A stretch of DNA of 64,000 nt from Candidatus Bathyarchaeia archaeon (GCA_038883655.1 JAVZLQ010000002.1:121625-185624); one strand, 5' to 3'; shown: positions 1-9,124, counted from the stretch's first letter. Notes: a model not told the origin generated them from the sequence alone. Program-made: numbers and translations.

Positions 1-423
1 ACGGACTCGTCTGGTTATGGTATTGTCAGCATAACCTTCTCTTTTCATCCACCATGCAAATTCGACAAGTTTGCCCTTAATTTCTGCCTCTCGTTGCGAT
101 GTTTGGTTCTGGTCTGTTGTTGTGGCTCCCGCAACCCGCTTTTCATCTTCTTTTTCTACTGTGACCAAGGTTTGCACCGCCGCCAAGGCGGTGGATTCTC
201 CCCCTTGAGGGTCATTGTTCCCTTGGCAACTATGGTCTAAGCTGCTTTCAAGATTTAAGCTAAATGGAGGATTCTTCCATTGCCTCCGCTTTTTATGGTT
301 TGGATCTGTGAAGCGGTAGCTACAGTCTCTGCAAAGCCAACGCTGGACACTTGTCCCATCAGCCAAGTAACGTAGTCCATCTCTGTAAAGCCTTTGGGAG
401 CCGCATTGGGGGCACCGGGTCAT
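1..423 (-). CDS. Probable tyrosine recombinase/integrase, N-terminal part only (runs off the left edge)
   Basis: Manual translation from ATG at 423 gives 141 open codons: MTRCPQCGSQRLYRDGLRYLADGTSVQRWLCRDCSYRFT (Zn ribbon), a linker, then IKGKLVEFAWWMKREGYADNTITRRVR, which resembles an integrase core-binding (SAM-like) domain start. The catalytic domain lies outside the window. Confidence 0.7.
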   Translation of the reverse strand, partial: MTRCPQCGSQRLYRDGLRYLADGTSVQRWLCRDCSYRFTDPNHKKRRQWKNPPFSLNLESSLDHSCQGNNDPQGGESTALAAVQTLVTVEKEDEKRVAGATTTDQNQTSQREAEIKGKLVEFAWWMKREGYADNTITRRVR

Positions 424-545
424 ATCTTCAACCTTTCAGCCTCTTTCAAAAACAGAAAAAGGGGGGAGGTGAGGGGTGGACGTTGAGGAGGCTTTTTGGC
501 ACCTTCGCCAGCAGCGGCATTCCATGCATATCACTGCCGATGGCA

Positions 546-1022
546 TTAGGAAGCTTCCGTAGCAGCTGGGCTTTCGTTCAACGCTTCCAGTAACGCCTTT
601 TTCTGCTCCAGTGGCAAAGCCTTCACCTTCGCCATCAAATCGGCGTCTAAAGGGCTTTCAGGCTGCTGATCCACCGACAGCTTCTGCTGGGGCTCACGAT
701 ATGGAACGCCGAAGATTATCTGCTTTTCTTCGCCTCGCACTGTCTGCGTTTCAATTTTGACTTTGACCTTTTTGCCCTTCCACAAGGCGCTGTCGTCGCC
801 AAACGCGTCTATTAGGCGGTCCCACGTGGTGCTGTTGAAACCCCAAGTGTAAAGCTCGCCTGTTCTTAGCAGTCGGACAACAGCGTAGCCGCGCGGCTTC
901 TCGAAACGGCTTTCCTCAGCACTGCGCACATAAGGCTCCTCAACTATCTCCACCACGTCGTCCTGGCGGACATGCTGCGGCTTCAAGTACGGCGGCTTAC
1001 TCATCCTCGGAAGTCTAACCAT
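546..1022 (-). CDS. Element protein, possible OB-fold ssDNA-binding protein
   Basis: YLK...FNSTTWDRLIDAFGDDSALWKGKKVKVK pattern resembles virus-encoded SSB-like proteins; overlaps the upstream gene. Confidence 0.5.
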   Translation of the reverse strand: MVRLPRMSKPPYLKPQHVRQDDVVEIVEEPYVRSAEESRFEKPRGYAVVRLLRTGELYTWGFNSTTWDRLIDAFGDDSALWKGKKVKVKIETQTVRGEEKQIIFGVPYREPQQKLSVDQQPESPLDADLMAKVKALPLEQKKALLEALNESPAATEAS

Positions 1023-1533
1023 CTTGACCTTTTCCTCTCTTCAATTTTGTTTTATCACGAAGTTGCCTTCGTGACCGTGAACCGCGCAAATCAGGCTTAA
1101 GGCGAAAAGGCTTAACACCACACAAAAGCTGCTCCTGAATTTCCGCTATTTCACGGGCAATCTGCTCCCGCCTAGCCGCAATCTTACGGAAAACACGCTC
1201 CTCACGAGGATTAAGCGCCTTCAAAGGACGCTGAGCATCCAGAACATGCACTAAAGGTCTTCCTGGCTCACGTAAAACTTTAGCGACATAGCTTGGTAAG
1301 TAGCTACCGCTCCTTAACATGGCATTACAAACACGCCTAAGCTCCGCCTCCTCACGCAACAAAACCGCCAAACGCGCCCTCAAACGCAACTCCTCAACAT
1401 CACACCCAACCAAAAAACCCGAAAGAGCACGATTAACAACCTCATTAAAACAAACCCCACACTCCCTACAAAAACGCAAAACCAAAGGCTCCAAACCACG
1501 CCAAACATAAACACTTCTACGCATGTCACTCAA
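1015..1533 (-). CDS. Hypothetical protein with RHH-like N-terminus and coiled coil
   Basis: RRSVYV...VLRFCRECG..FNEVVNRAL beta-helix-helix pattern; overlaps both neighbours. Confidence 0.55.
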   Translation of the reverse strand: MSDMRRSVYVWRGLEPLVLRFCRECGVCFNEVVNRALSGFLVGCDVEELRLRARLAVLLREEAELRRVCNAMLRSGSYLPSYVAKVLREPGRPLVHVLDAQRPLKALNPREERVFRKIAARREQIAREIAEIQEQLLCGVKPFRLKPDLRGSRSRRQLRDKTKLKRGKGQDG

Positions 1534-1783
1534 CCTCTACGGCTTCTATGGCGAAATGTAACACATTTTTTGAAGCGGCAACTGAGCTTTCCACGGGGCG
1601 TTTTCGGCGAAAACAGCTTGAAACAGGCTTATCGGCGGATGTGTTACATTCACGCTTAGAAGCGGAAGATGCAGCCTTATATCCATACGGGCATGGTGTT
1701 TGGCATAGTCCTATGTGGCTGTCGCCTTTGGTGCAGTTGGTGTAGCCTTTGTCGTCTGTTTTTTGGCGTGTGCAGTTTTTCAT
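1526..1783 (-). CDS. Small Cys-rich hypothetical protein
   Basis: Co-oriented and overlaps the next gene; no recognised motif. Confidence 0.35.
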   Translation of the reverse strand: MKNCTRQKTDDKGYTNCTKGDSHIGLCQTPCPYGYKAASSASKRECNTSADKPVSSCFRRKRPVESSVAASKNVLHFAIEAVEVE

Positions 1784-1799
1784 GTTTTATCGCCTATCA

Positions 1800-1961
1800 T
1801 TATTGGTGCTGGGTGCGTTGTTGGAGTAGTTGGCGTATGCGTACGAGTTCGTCGGTTATTAGGCAGAGTATGCAGTTTTGGAAGCGAGTTTCTGTGGGGT
1901 TGCATTGGTTTTGGCAGTTTTTGCAAAATATTTCTTGGTAAAGCAAAATTGGTGATGGCAA
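1800..1961 (-). CDS. Small Cys-rich protein (CKNC..C...CILC), below the ORF-track cutoff
   Basis: Manual translation PSPILLYQEIFCKNCQNQCNPTETRFQNCILCLITDELVRIRQLLQQRTQHQ; fills the operon gap. Confidence 0.4.
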   Translation of the reverse strand: MPSPILLYQEIFCKNCQNQCNPTETRFQNCILCLITDELVRIRQLLQQRTQHQ

Positions 1962-1998
1962 GTTCTTTCTTGTCTTTGATCGTGTGAAAACTTGGGTT

Positions 1999-2220
1999 TC
2001 AGTCGTGGTTTTTGTCCTCCTTGTTGTGTTTTACAAGAATATGCATGTTTTCTATGGGTTCAACATGGTTGATTCCAAGTTTTCTTAGTTTTTCTCTGAC
2101 TGCATCGCGTATGAACTCGGTTTTGGTGTAATGCCAATTTTTTGCGACTGCTTCATTTACGGCTTTGTCCAATGCTTCGGGAACTCGTATATTCCATGTT
2201 GCACTTTCTCTCTTTCTCAT
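1999..2220 (-). CDS. CopG/RHH family DNA-binding protein
   Basis: TWNIRVPEALDKAVNEAV...TKTEFIRDAVREKL is a classic RHH pattern; start moved to ATG 2220. Confidence 0.8.
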   Translation of the reverse strand: MRKRESATWNIRVPEALDKAVNEAVAKNWHYTKTEFIRDAVREKLRKLGINHVEPIENMHILVKHNKEDKNHD

Positions 2221-2275
2221 AATAAATTCCTTCATTTTTTGTAGCAAATTTTTTAAACTGTCCTTGTATAAAGAA

Positions 2276-2737
2276 ATGGCGGACAACAGTTGTCCACCCA
2301 TATTAAGTTGGTGGACAGATATGTACAAGCCAAAACCAAATATTTCATATGCAAGCAGACCAACACCAAGTATTTCACATTCAAGCAAGCGGTTTCGTTA
2401 TAAACAAGCTATTTTTCAAAGACTTATAAACGCCGCAGCTTCAGAAAGGGAACTCATGAAGGACATAAATGTCCCCGGCTCTGAGAGAAAGACTTTCGAT
2501 AGAGCAGTTAAGGACCTTGTGGGCATCGGAGTATTGACAAAAGATGAGAAATCTGGGAAGTTATATGCATATGGGCATGAGCCTCCCGAAACAGTTGAAA
2601 TAAACGTAGGTTCATCAAACCTAAAATTGACGTTTCCAGTTAATAGAGAACAAGCCAAGAAGATCGTTAAAAAATGCCCATCACTAAGGAAGGATAAAGA
2701 GACTTCAACCGTACTAAAAGAAACAGAAATACTCTAA
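2276..2737 (+). CDS. Winged-helix DNA-binding protein, divergent from the RHH gene
   Basis: AIFQRL..ASERELMKDI...FDRAVKDLVGIGVLTK..SGKLY wHTH pattern; start uncertain. Confidence 0.6.
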   Translation: MADNSCPPILSWWTDMYKPKPNISYASRPTPSISHSSKRFRYKQAIFQRLINAAASERELMKDINVPGSERKTFDRAVKDLVGIGVLTKDEKSGKLYAYGHEPPETVEINVGSSNLKLTFPVNREQAKKIVKKCPSLRKDKETSTVLKETEIL

Positions 2738-2793
2738 GAGAAACAAACGAAAAATGACAACATTCACCTTCACAAGTCTATTCGATTTTTTCG

Positions 2794-2821
2794 ATTTTTA
2801 TTAAGTAAACCTAACATGAAG
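2794..2821 (+). repeat. Degenerate copy of the 11-6-11 site (site D)
   Basis: atttttattaa-gtaaac-ctaacatgaag. Confidence 0.35.
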
Positions 2822-2928
2822 TGTTCTTTATTATCTCAAAAATGCTCAAATACAGTTGCAAAAATGGCAACAGCGACCTAATATCCACAATGCTCTCGAT
2901 TATTCTATTGCTCCCATGTTTTCAACAC

Positions 2929-2956
2929 ATCTCCATTAACTGCAACTAACAGAAGG
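2929..2956 (+). repeat. 11-6-11 dif-like putative recombination site A
   Basis: atctccattaa-ctgcaa-ctaacagaagg; 19/23 identical to site B over the core. Confidence 0.65.
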
Positions 2957-3016
2957 TGCTTGTTCTTTAAAGTTTTAATTAGTGTTTATGTGCAAATAAT
3001 TTGTGTAGAGTGATGC

Positions 3017-3838
3017 GTGAATCCCGTTGTGGGAGTGAGTGGGTTGCCTGTTGATGTTGGTTTGGAGCTGTATGGTGAAAAGGGTGTTGTTTTGCCGTTT
3101 TTTACGGGGCATGTGGCTAGGGGTGTGTTTTTGCATATTGTGAGGCAGGTGGATCCTAAGGCGGCTGGCGTTTTGCATGAGTTGGATGTTTCTAAGCCTT
3201 ACAGCGTTACGCCATTGCGTTTCAAGAGTATTTCACGGGTTGAGAATGGTCTTGTTTTGGATCCTGCTCATCCTTGTCGTGTAGGTTTTAGGTTTTTGAG
3301 GGATGATTTGGCGGGTTACGTGTTGAGGTTTTTTGAACGGCAGAATATTGTTATGATTTTTGACACTGTTTTTCGCATAGCTTCTTTAAGTATTAAGAGC
3401 AAAAGCTATGGGGATTTGGAGCGTGAAGCTGAAGCTGTTGAGCGTTTTAGGCTTGTTTTTCAGACGCCTACTTATTTGCCTTGTTTGGGTAGCAGTTATC
3501 GTTGGATGTTCCCCGATGCGGTAAGAGTATTTTCTGGGCTGATGCGTATTTGGAACAAGTTTAGTGACGGTAGACATTTTGGTAAAAAGGAGTTTTTGGC
3601 TTATAAGGAGTGGTTGGCGAAAAATGTTGGCATTTGTGGATATAGGCTTTGGACGAAGTTGGCGGTTATGCGGGACAAGAAGGCTGTTGGGTTTGTAGGA
3701 TGGTGCTCATATGAGATGGGGGATTTGGAAAGTGAGTGGAATAGGGTGACGGTTATGCTGGCTAAATATGCGGAATACTCAAACATAGGAGGAAACAAAA
3801 CAGCAGGATACGGCGTAACAAAAACAAATATAATGTAG
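3017..3838 (+). CDS. cas6: CRISPR endoribonuclease Cas6
   Basis: KPYSVTPL, F.TPT and C-terminal G-loop IGGNKTAGYG; first gene of the cas operon. Confidence 0.92.
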   Translation: MNPVVGVSGLPVDVGLELYGEKGVVLPFFTGHVARGVFLHIVRQVDPKAAGVLHELDVSKPYSVTPLRFKSISRVENGLVLDPAHPCRVGFRFLRDDLAGYVLRFFERQNIVMIFDTVFRIASLSIKSKSYGDLEREAEAVERFRLVFQTPTYLPCLGSSYRWMFPDAVRVFSGLMRIWNKFSDGRHFGKKEFLAYKEWLAKNVGICGYRLWTKLAVMRDKKAVGFVGWCSYEMGDLESEWNRVTVMLAKYAEYSNIGGNKTAGYGVTKTNIM

Positions 3839-3848
3839 GCGATACTAT

Positions 3849-6113
3849 ATGGTAAGCGAATTGAAGGAAGTTTTCTATAAAATTCTTGACGGGAAGGAAC
3901 CTTATCCTCACCAATTGAGGACCGCTGAAAACCTAGTTTATGGGAAGTCGGTTATATTACGGGCTCCATGCGGATCTGGTAAAACAGAAGCAGCCTATGT
4001 GCCTATACTTCTTGGCTTGAAGGGCATGTCGTCATGCAGGTTAGTCTATTCATTGCCGACTCGCGCCTTAGTTGAGGATGTTGCTGAACGTATAATGAAG
4101 GGCGTTGCTAAAACCGGGGGTAGGTTTACTGTTTCACCTCAACATGGAGCAAACTCGAAAGATCCATTTTTTAGGAGTAACATTATAGTTGCAACGATTG
4201 ACCAGACTGTCGGTGCTTATTGTTGCACTCCATTAAGCCTGCCAGTGCATTTTGGGAATATTCCTGCGGGAGCTGCTGTTTCCTCTTTTCTATGTTTTGA
4301 TGAAGCGCATGTTTATGATTATGAGTTAGGTCTTCAAAGTATGCTTGTTCTTTTAGAGAGAGCAACGAGGTTGGGGCTGCCTTTTCTAGTTATGTCTGCT
4401 ACCTTGCCAGAGTCTTTTATGGAGTGGTTCGTGAACAATCCCATTTTCGCCGACAAAGTTGCGGTTATCGAGGGAGATGAAAGCGATATACCTAAGAGAC
4501 GAGATCGGTGTGTCGTCTTAAAGTGGTGTGACAAGGTTCTCGAGGCAAAAGATGTTTTTGACGCTGCAGAAATTTATGGTAAAATCATGGTTGTTTGTAA
4601 CACAGTAGATCGCGCACAGAAACTTTATGAATGTGTTGAAAAACAGCTTAGAACGCAGAATTTTAGCGTCTATCTATTACATTCTAGATTCTTAAATGAA
4701 GATAGGGAAAGAATTGAAAAAGATATGAAGGCATCCGTCAGAGACAAGAATGCTAAAACGCTCATAGTGACAACACAGGTGTGTGAAGTGGGGATGGATA
4801 TTTCTTGTGATTTATTATTGACTGAGCTTGCACCACCCGATGCGCTTGTGCAAAGAATTGGCCGGTGTGCACGCTATGGCGGGCACGGTGAAGTCATGGT
4901 TTATGATGTGGCTTCTCATGTACCCTATGGCGAAGCAGAGATTGCGCAAAGTAGAAACTATATTGTGGAAAACCTTGACGGAAAGAGAATCGGCTGGAAA
5001 GAGGAACTTGAATTTGTGAACAGCATTTTAAACGAAACTTTTAAGACGATAATAAATGATTATCGGCGAAGATGCAGAGTATTGCTTGGTTTAGGTGATG
5101 CCGCATTTAAGGGAGACAGGTATGGTATAGAAAGGAATGTCCGTGAGATTTTAACGGCAAATTTAACGGTACACGATAACCCTGGAACATTAAAATATAA
5201 AGAACTTTTATGCATGCCCTGGCTTAATGTTGACATTAGAGTCTTAAGCAGATATTTAAGCGGTGTAAGATACTGGGAGGTTATTTTTGGACACGATGAA
5301 CACGGAAAGCCACAGTTCGATATCAAAGTCCACGGTAAACTATACCCATATGGATTTTACATAATACATCCAGATTATGCAAAATATGACAAGAACATAG
5401 GTTTAATTTTTGGCGAAAAGGGTTCGACTCTTACACCAGTAGAGGATAAGATGCGGGATCAGATGGCATTAAGCTATGATTACAGGAAGGAAATGTGGAT
5501 TGAGCATTCAACAAAATGCCTTCTTGCATTTAAAAAACTCCGAGAAAAAGAGATACACTCCATCCATTTGTTGGCAGACATTATAGATCTTGACGATTAC
5601 ACAACAGAAGCGTTGTTAGCAATAAGTGTTGCCCTTCACGATTTAGGGAAGCTTAATACACGATGGCAAAAAAGTATAGGAATCCATGAGAATGATATCC
5701 CACTCGCTCACACAACTTATCAACAGAAAGTTCCACCTCATGCGACAATATCTGCAGATGCGGTTTACCCTTTTTTCAAGACTATGCTTCCAAATGTACA
5801 TTTTGCACTGGCATTTAAATTCGCCATAGCTCACCACCACCATACAAGAGCAGAAGAAATATTGCCTTATGAACTTAGATGGAAAAGTCATTACGAAAGC
5901 GTAATCAAAGATGTATGCAGAGAATACTCAATAGACGTGAACCCAGCAGAAATAAAAACATCAGAAAACACATATAAAAAGTTAGAAACTCCCATGTTTA
6001 ACTTAGAGTCTTTAAAGCCCTACACGGCGTACTGCATAATATCGCGAATAATACGTTTAAGCGATAGAGAATCCTTCACAGTAAATATGGAAAGCTATTT
6101 AAAAAATAGTTGA
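3849..6113 (+). CDS. cas3: Cas3 helicase with C-terminal HD nuclease domain
   Basis: APCGSGKT, DEAH, MSAT, LHSRF, QRIGRCAR, followed by H..HDLGK...H..H...HHH...LSD at the C-terminus. Confidence 0.95.
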   Translation: MVSELKEVFYKILDGKEPYPHQLRTAENLVYGKSVILRAPCGSGKTEAAYVPILLGLKGMSSCRLVYSLPTRALVEDVAERIMKGVAKTGGRFTVSPQHGANSKDPFFRSNIIVATIDQTVGAYCCTPLSLPVHFGNIPAGAAVSSFLCFDEAHVYDYELGLQSMLVLLERATRLGLPFLVMSATLPESFMEWFVNNPIFADKVAVIEGDESDIPKRRDRCVVLKWCDKVLEAKDVFDAAEIYGKIMVVCNTVDRAQKLYECVEKQLRTQNFSVYLLHSRFLNEDRERIEKDMKASVRDKNAKTLIVTTQVCEVGMDISCDLLLTELAPPDALVQRIGRCARYGGHGEVMVYDVASHVPYGEAEIAQSRNYIVENLDGKRIGWKEELEFVNSILNETFKTIINDYRRRCRVLLGLGDAAFKGDRYGIERNVREILTANLTVHDNPGTLKYKELLCMPWLNVDIRVLSRYLSGVRYWEVIFGHDEHGKPQFDIKVHGKLYPYGFYIIHPDYAKYDKNIGLIFGEKGSTLTPVEDKMRDQMALSYDYRKEMWIEHSTKCLLAFKKLREKEIHSIHLLADIIDLDDYTTEALLAISVALHDLGKLNTRWQKSIGIHENDIPLAHTTYQQKVPPHATISADAVYPFFKTMLPNVHFALAFKFAIAHHHHTRAEEILPYELRWKSHYESVIKDVCREYSIDVNPAEIKTSENTYKKLETPMFNLESLKPYTAYCIISRIIRLSDRESFTVNMESYLKNS

Positions 6114-6128
6114 TAGTAATAAGGTATT

Positions 6129-7184
6129 ATGAATGGTAGGCTCTTTGTTAACAAAACTGGATTTGAAATGTTTGATTGCTTTAGAGCATATGGCTTGGCT
6201 TTTTTAATAGGCGGCCTCGAGAACTACCCAGTAGCATACATTCGTGACAGCGGTTCAGCTTATGTTATCGATGTAGAAGGTGAACTCCCACGATATCCAA
6301 ATGTAGAAATTTTTGAAAAAACGGAAAGTAACTCGTGGTCTATGGTTTTTCAAACGTTTAAGGAACGTAAAGATTTGAAAGGCAAACCTCCTTTGGAAGA
6401 TGTAAGAGAAATAGCAACACAGGATTATGGTAAGATACTTAATCTTCACAGTAGGCGCGATTTTGTACCTGAAATAGGTACTAAAGTTAAAGATGGGAAA
6501 ACACTATACCAAACAATCGACGTATCAGCCTCTAAAGGGTACAGAGAAGAAAAGAGGATAACTTACCATGAAGGTAGCCAGCTCCAAGTGGATAAGTTCT
6601 CTTGGTGTATCGCGGCTATTGGCGCCGCTTGGTTTGGTGTTTGGCCTCGAAACTTGATGAGAAGAGATGTAAGTTTCTCGGTTTGTATAGCCCCTAACCC
6701 TGAGAAAGTTCTACTACTAACTCATAGAGGAATCCACCAAAATGTTGAGAAGCAACTCTGCCCAATATCGGCAAACACAGCGATTATTCATTATTCAATA
6801 AAACTTGTAAAGATCGCCATCGTAAAATCTGATGAGGTGAATTATAACGAAGTGATTTTCAACGTAATGCAAAAAACTGGACAGCAGCCAAAACCAGGAG
6901 GAGGCGGTAGATATAACCTTAAATTTTTAACAGACTTAGTCAAAACTCCTACAGGCCACAAGGCTCTTGACCACATTGATAAATATCTTCTACCGACAAA
7001 CCCCAATATAAAGGGAATAAAGCAAGATGTTGCTTTAGCTCTATCAGATTTTCTACTACATCCTACTTTAAATAACTTCAAAAGGTTTGAAAGCTTATAT
7101 ATACGTGGAGAGCTCAACAAAGAATTATATCCTTGGGAAAAACCACAGTTAGAGGAGTTGTTAAGGTATGTCGAATTTGCATGA
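6129..7184 (+). CDS. cas8a: Type I-A large subunit, Cas8a-like
   Basis: N-terminal KTG..FD...AYGLA pattern; size and position between cas3 and csa5/cas7. Confidence 0.7.
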   Translation: MNGRLFVNKTGFEMFDCFRAYGLAFLIGGLENYPVAYIRDSGSAYVIDVEGELPRYPNVEIFEKTESNSWSMVFQTFKERKDLKGKPPLEDVREIATQDYGKILNLHSRRDFVPEIGTKVKDGKTLYQTIDVSASKGYREEKRITYHEGSQLQVDKFSWCIAAIGAAWFGVWPRNLMRRDVSFSVCIAPNPEKVLLLTHRGIHQNVEKQLCPISANTAIIHYSIKLVKIAIVKSDEVNYNEVIFNVMQKTGQQPKPGGGGRYNLKFLTDLVKTPTGHKALDHIDKYLLPTNPNIKGIKQDVALALSDFLLHPTLNNFKRFESLYIRGELNKELYPWEKPQLEELLRYVEFA

Positions 7185-7503
7185 TTTGTTTAATCATCCC
7201 GCCGTCGAAAGTTTCGGTAAGGCCCTACGTATCGCTATTGGAATAAACGAAGATTACGCATCACTTGTGGAGTTGGACTATGCAGAGAGAAAGGAGGAAC
7301 TTGTCCTTGCGTTAAAGAAGTTTCTTCGGAGGCTAAATGCAAACGCAAGAAAATATGAACGTGAGCATCCGGGGAAGATTGCATTTAAACCTAATGAAAA
7401 GGATCTTGACGAAGTTGTAGGTTTGGCAGAGCAGCATGGAGCCCGTTTAGTATGTGCAGCAATAATATCTCACGCTCTTGTAAGAGCTGAAAAGGAGGAA
7501 TAG
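7168..7503 (+). CDS. csa5: Small subunit Csa5/Cas11
   Basis: 111 aa, predicted all-helical, directly upstream of cas7. Confidence 0.7.
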   Translation: MSNLHDLFNHPAVESFGKALRIAIGINEDYASLVELDYAERKEELVLALKKFLRRLNANARKYEREHPGKIAFKPNEKDLDEVVGLAEQHGARLVCAAIISHALVRAEKEE

Positions 7504-7507
7504 AAAG

Positions 7508-8401
7508 TTGAGTGAAAAGGTGTATGAAATAGGTTTTATAGGAAGGATTCGCATAGATGCCCATTCATTAAACAACGAAGGAACAGTCGGCAATGTAACA
7601 GAGCCAAGAACAATCATTCTAGCTGACGGGCAAAAAACTGACGGAATCAGCGGAGAAATGCTTAAACACATGCATGCAGAGGCACTCTGGCAGTTGACAA
7701 AAGAAAGGGAACCAAAGAGCCTTTGCCCAGCATGTCAAGTTCTAAGCCCCATGAAGGCAGACGCTAACGAGAATGTGAAGAAGCATAAAGACGTAAAGTC
7801 AGCACTTGATGAAGCGTTAAACTGTACAATCTGCGATGTACACGGTTTTCTTGTGCAAAAGCCAACATTTAGCCGCAAATCCACTGTAGAATTTGGATGG
7901 GCTTTCGCTTTACCAAATAAATTTCACAGAGACATTCATGTTCATACGCGTGTTGCAGCTGGCGAAAAAGAAGCAACCACAGAAACTACGGAACAAATGA
8001 TTTATAATAGGCCAACCCGCTCTGGAGTTTACGCTTTTGTCTCGGTTTTTCAGCCATGGCGTATAGGACTTAATGAAGTTGACTACACTTACAAGATTGA
8101 TGACGCTGCAAGAAAAGCCCGTTATGATTTAGTGCTAGAAGCTTATAAGGCTATGATGACTCGTCTCGAAGGGGCTATGACTTCAACGCGATTACCACAC
8201 CTTGGAGACTTTACAGGTCTAATTGTCAAAACAGTCAACGCCTTTCCAGTTCCAATAATAAGCCCGTTAAAGGATGACTATATGCACCAGATTGAAACGG
8301 TCGTGAGCCCAAGAAATATGCACAAATTTGATTCATTGACTTCAATGTTACAAGTAATAGACAAGCTGAAAGATGCATCACCATACAAGCTTGGGGCATA
8401 G
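7508..8401 (+). CDS. cas7: Cas7 (DevR/Csa2 family)
   Basis: AHSLNNEG..GN, ISGEMLKH, CPAC/CTICDVHGF, RKS.VEF. Confidence 0.92.
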   Translation: MSEKVYEIGFIGRIRIDAHSLNNEGTVGNVTEPRTIILADGQKTDGISGEMLKHMHAEALWQLTKEREPKSLCPACQVLSPMKADANENVKKHKDVKSALDEALNCTICDVHGFLVQKPTFSRKSTVEFGWAFALPNKFHRDIHVHTRVAAGEKEATTETTEQMIYNRPTRSGVYAFVSVFQPWRIGLNEVDYTYKIDDAARKARYDLVLEAYKAMMTRLEGAMTSTRLPHLGDFTGLIVKTVNAFPVPIISPLKDDYMHQIETVVSPRNMHKFDSLTSMLQVIDKLKDASPYKLGA

Positions 8402-8407
8402 TAACTC

Positions 8408-9124
8408 ATGGTATGGACATGTGCAAAATACACTTTTCCAAGCACATTCTCCTATAGAATTCCATATTTTTCTTCAAGTTATGCCTTGTCAGCTCCTGTG
8501 CCAAGCCCATCAACTGTGAAGTTAGCCTTAGTTTCTTCAGTAATAAATAGAAACGGAAATGTGGAAACTGGGAAGAAACTTTTTGAAAAAATTCGTTGCT
8601 CTATGGTCACTATGGAATTGCCTGAAAAAATGATAATGTTGAAGGCCTTCATGAAAAGACTCAAACAAAAAAGGAAAGGACATGAAACGACAATCAAAAC
8701 ATCCTTTGGCGAACTTGTTGAGCGATTCGAGCCGACTTTTGGAATAAGGGAATATGTCATTTACTGCGGCCCCCTACATATTTATGTGGACGCGCCAGAT
8801 GATTCCGTTCAAGATGTACTAAAAGGCTTTAAACTAGTTCAATATTTCGGATCATCAGACTCGCTATGCACCTGCCTTGAGACAAACACATCAGAACCCA
8901 ACTGGCAAAAGTGTATTAGGCCAGTAGACTCTGGAAATGAAAAGTTTGACACCCAAGGAATGGTTTTCTTGCTAACAGATTTTACTGAAAAGGTAGCGTT
9001 CGAGTCTGTGAACCCGTTCTCAGGTAAAAAGTTGAAGAAGGGAGAACTTTTGCAAAAGCCCTACTTTTTCCCATTAAAAATCATTAAAAAAGAGAAAAAT
9101 TGCACCATATATAAATGCTTATAG
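8408..9124 (+). CDS. cas5: Cas5 (type I-A)
   Basis: FSYRIP...PSPSTVK.AL, REY, YFGSSDSL. Confidence 0.88.
   Translation: MVWTCAKYTFPSTFSYRIPYFSSSYALSAPVPSPSTVKLALVSSVINRNGNVETGKKLFEKIRCSMVTMELPEKMIMLKAFMKRLKQKRKGHETTIKTSFGELVERFEPTFGIREYVIYCGPLHIYVDAPDDSVQDVLKGFKLVQYFGSSDSLCTCLETNTSEPNWQKCIRPVDSGNEKFDTQGMVFLLTDFTEKVAFESVNPFSGKKLKKGELLQKPYFFPLKIIKKEKNCTIYKCL

Larger units (their letters stand above)
1..2737. mobile_element. Core of an integrative element (provirus or plasmid-like), left end outside window
   Basis: Integrase-like gene plus tightly overlapping small ORFs (SSB-like, RHH, Cys-rich) and a divergent wHTH gene; no housekeeping genes. Confidence 0.6.

Noticed and set aside
351-593. 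Plus-strand 80-aa ORF, and many other short antisense ORFs in the track
   Set aside because: They overlap better-supported genes on the opposite strand and have no recognisable motifs.
2780-2800. Tandem ttcgattttt duplication
   Set aside because: Two short AT-rich copies, not a mini-array, and unrelated to the CRISPR repeat.
2860-2887. The cagcga hexamer of the site B spacer recurs at about 2871
   Set aside because: The flanking arms do not match the site consensus.
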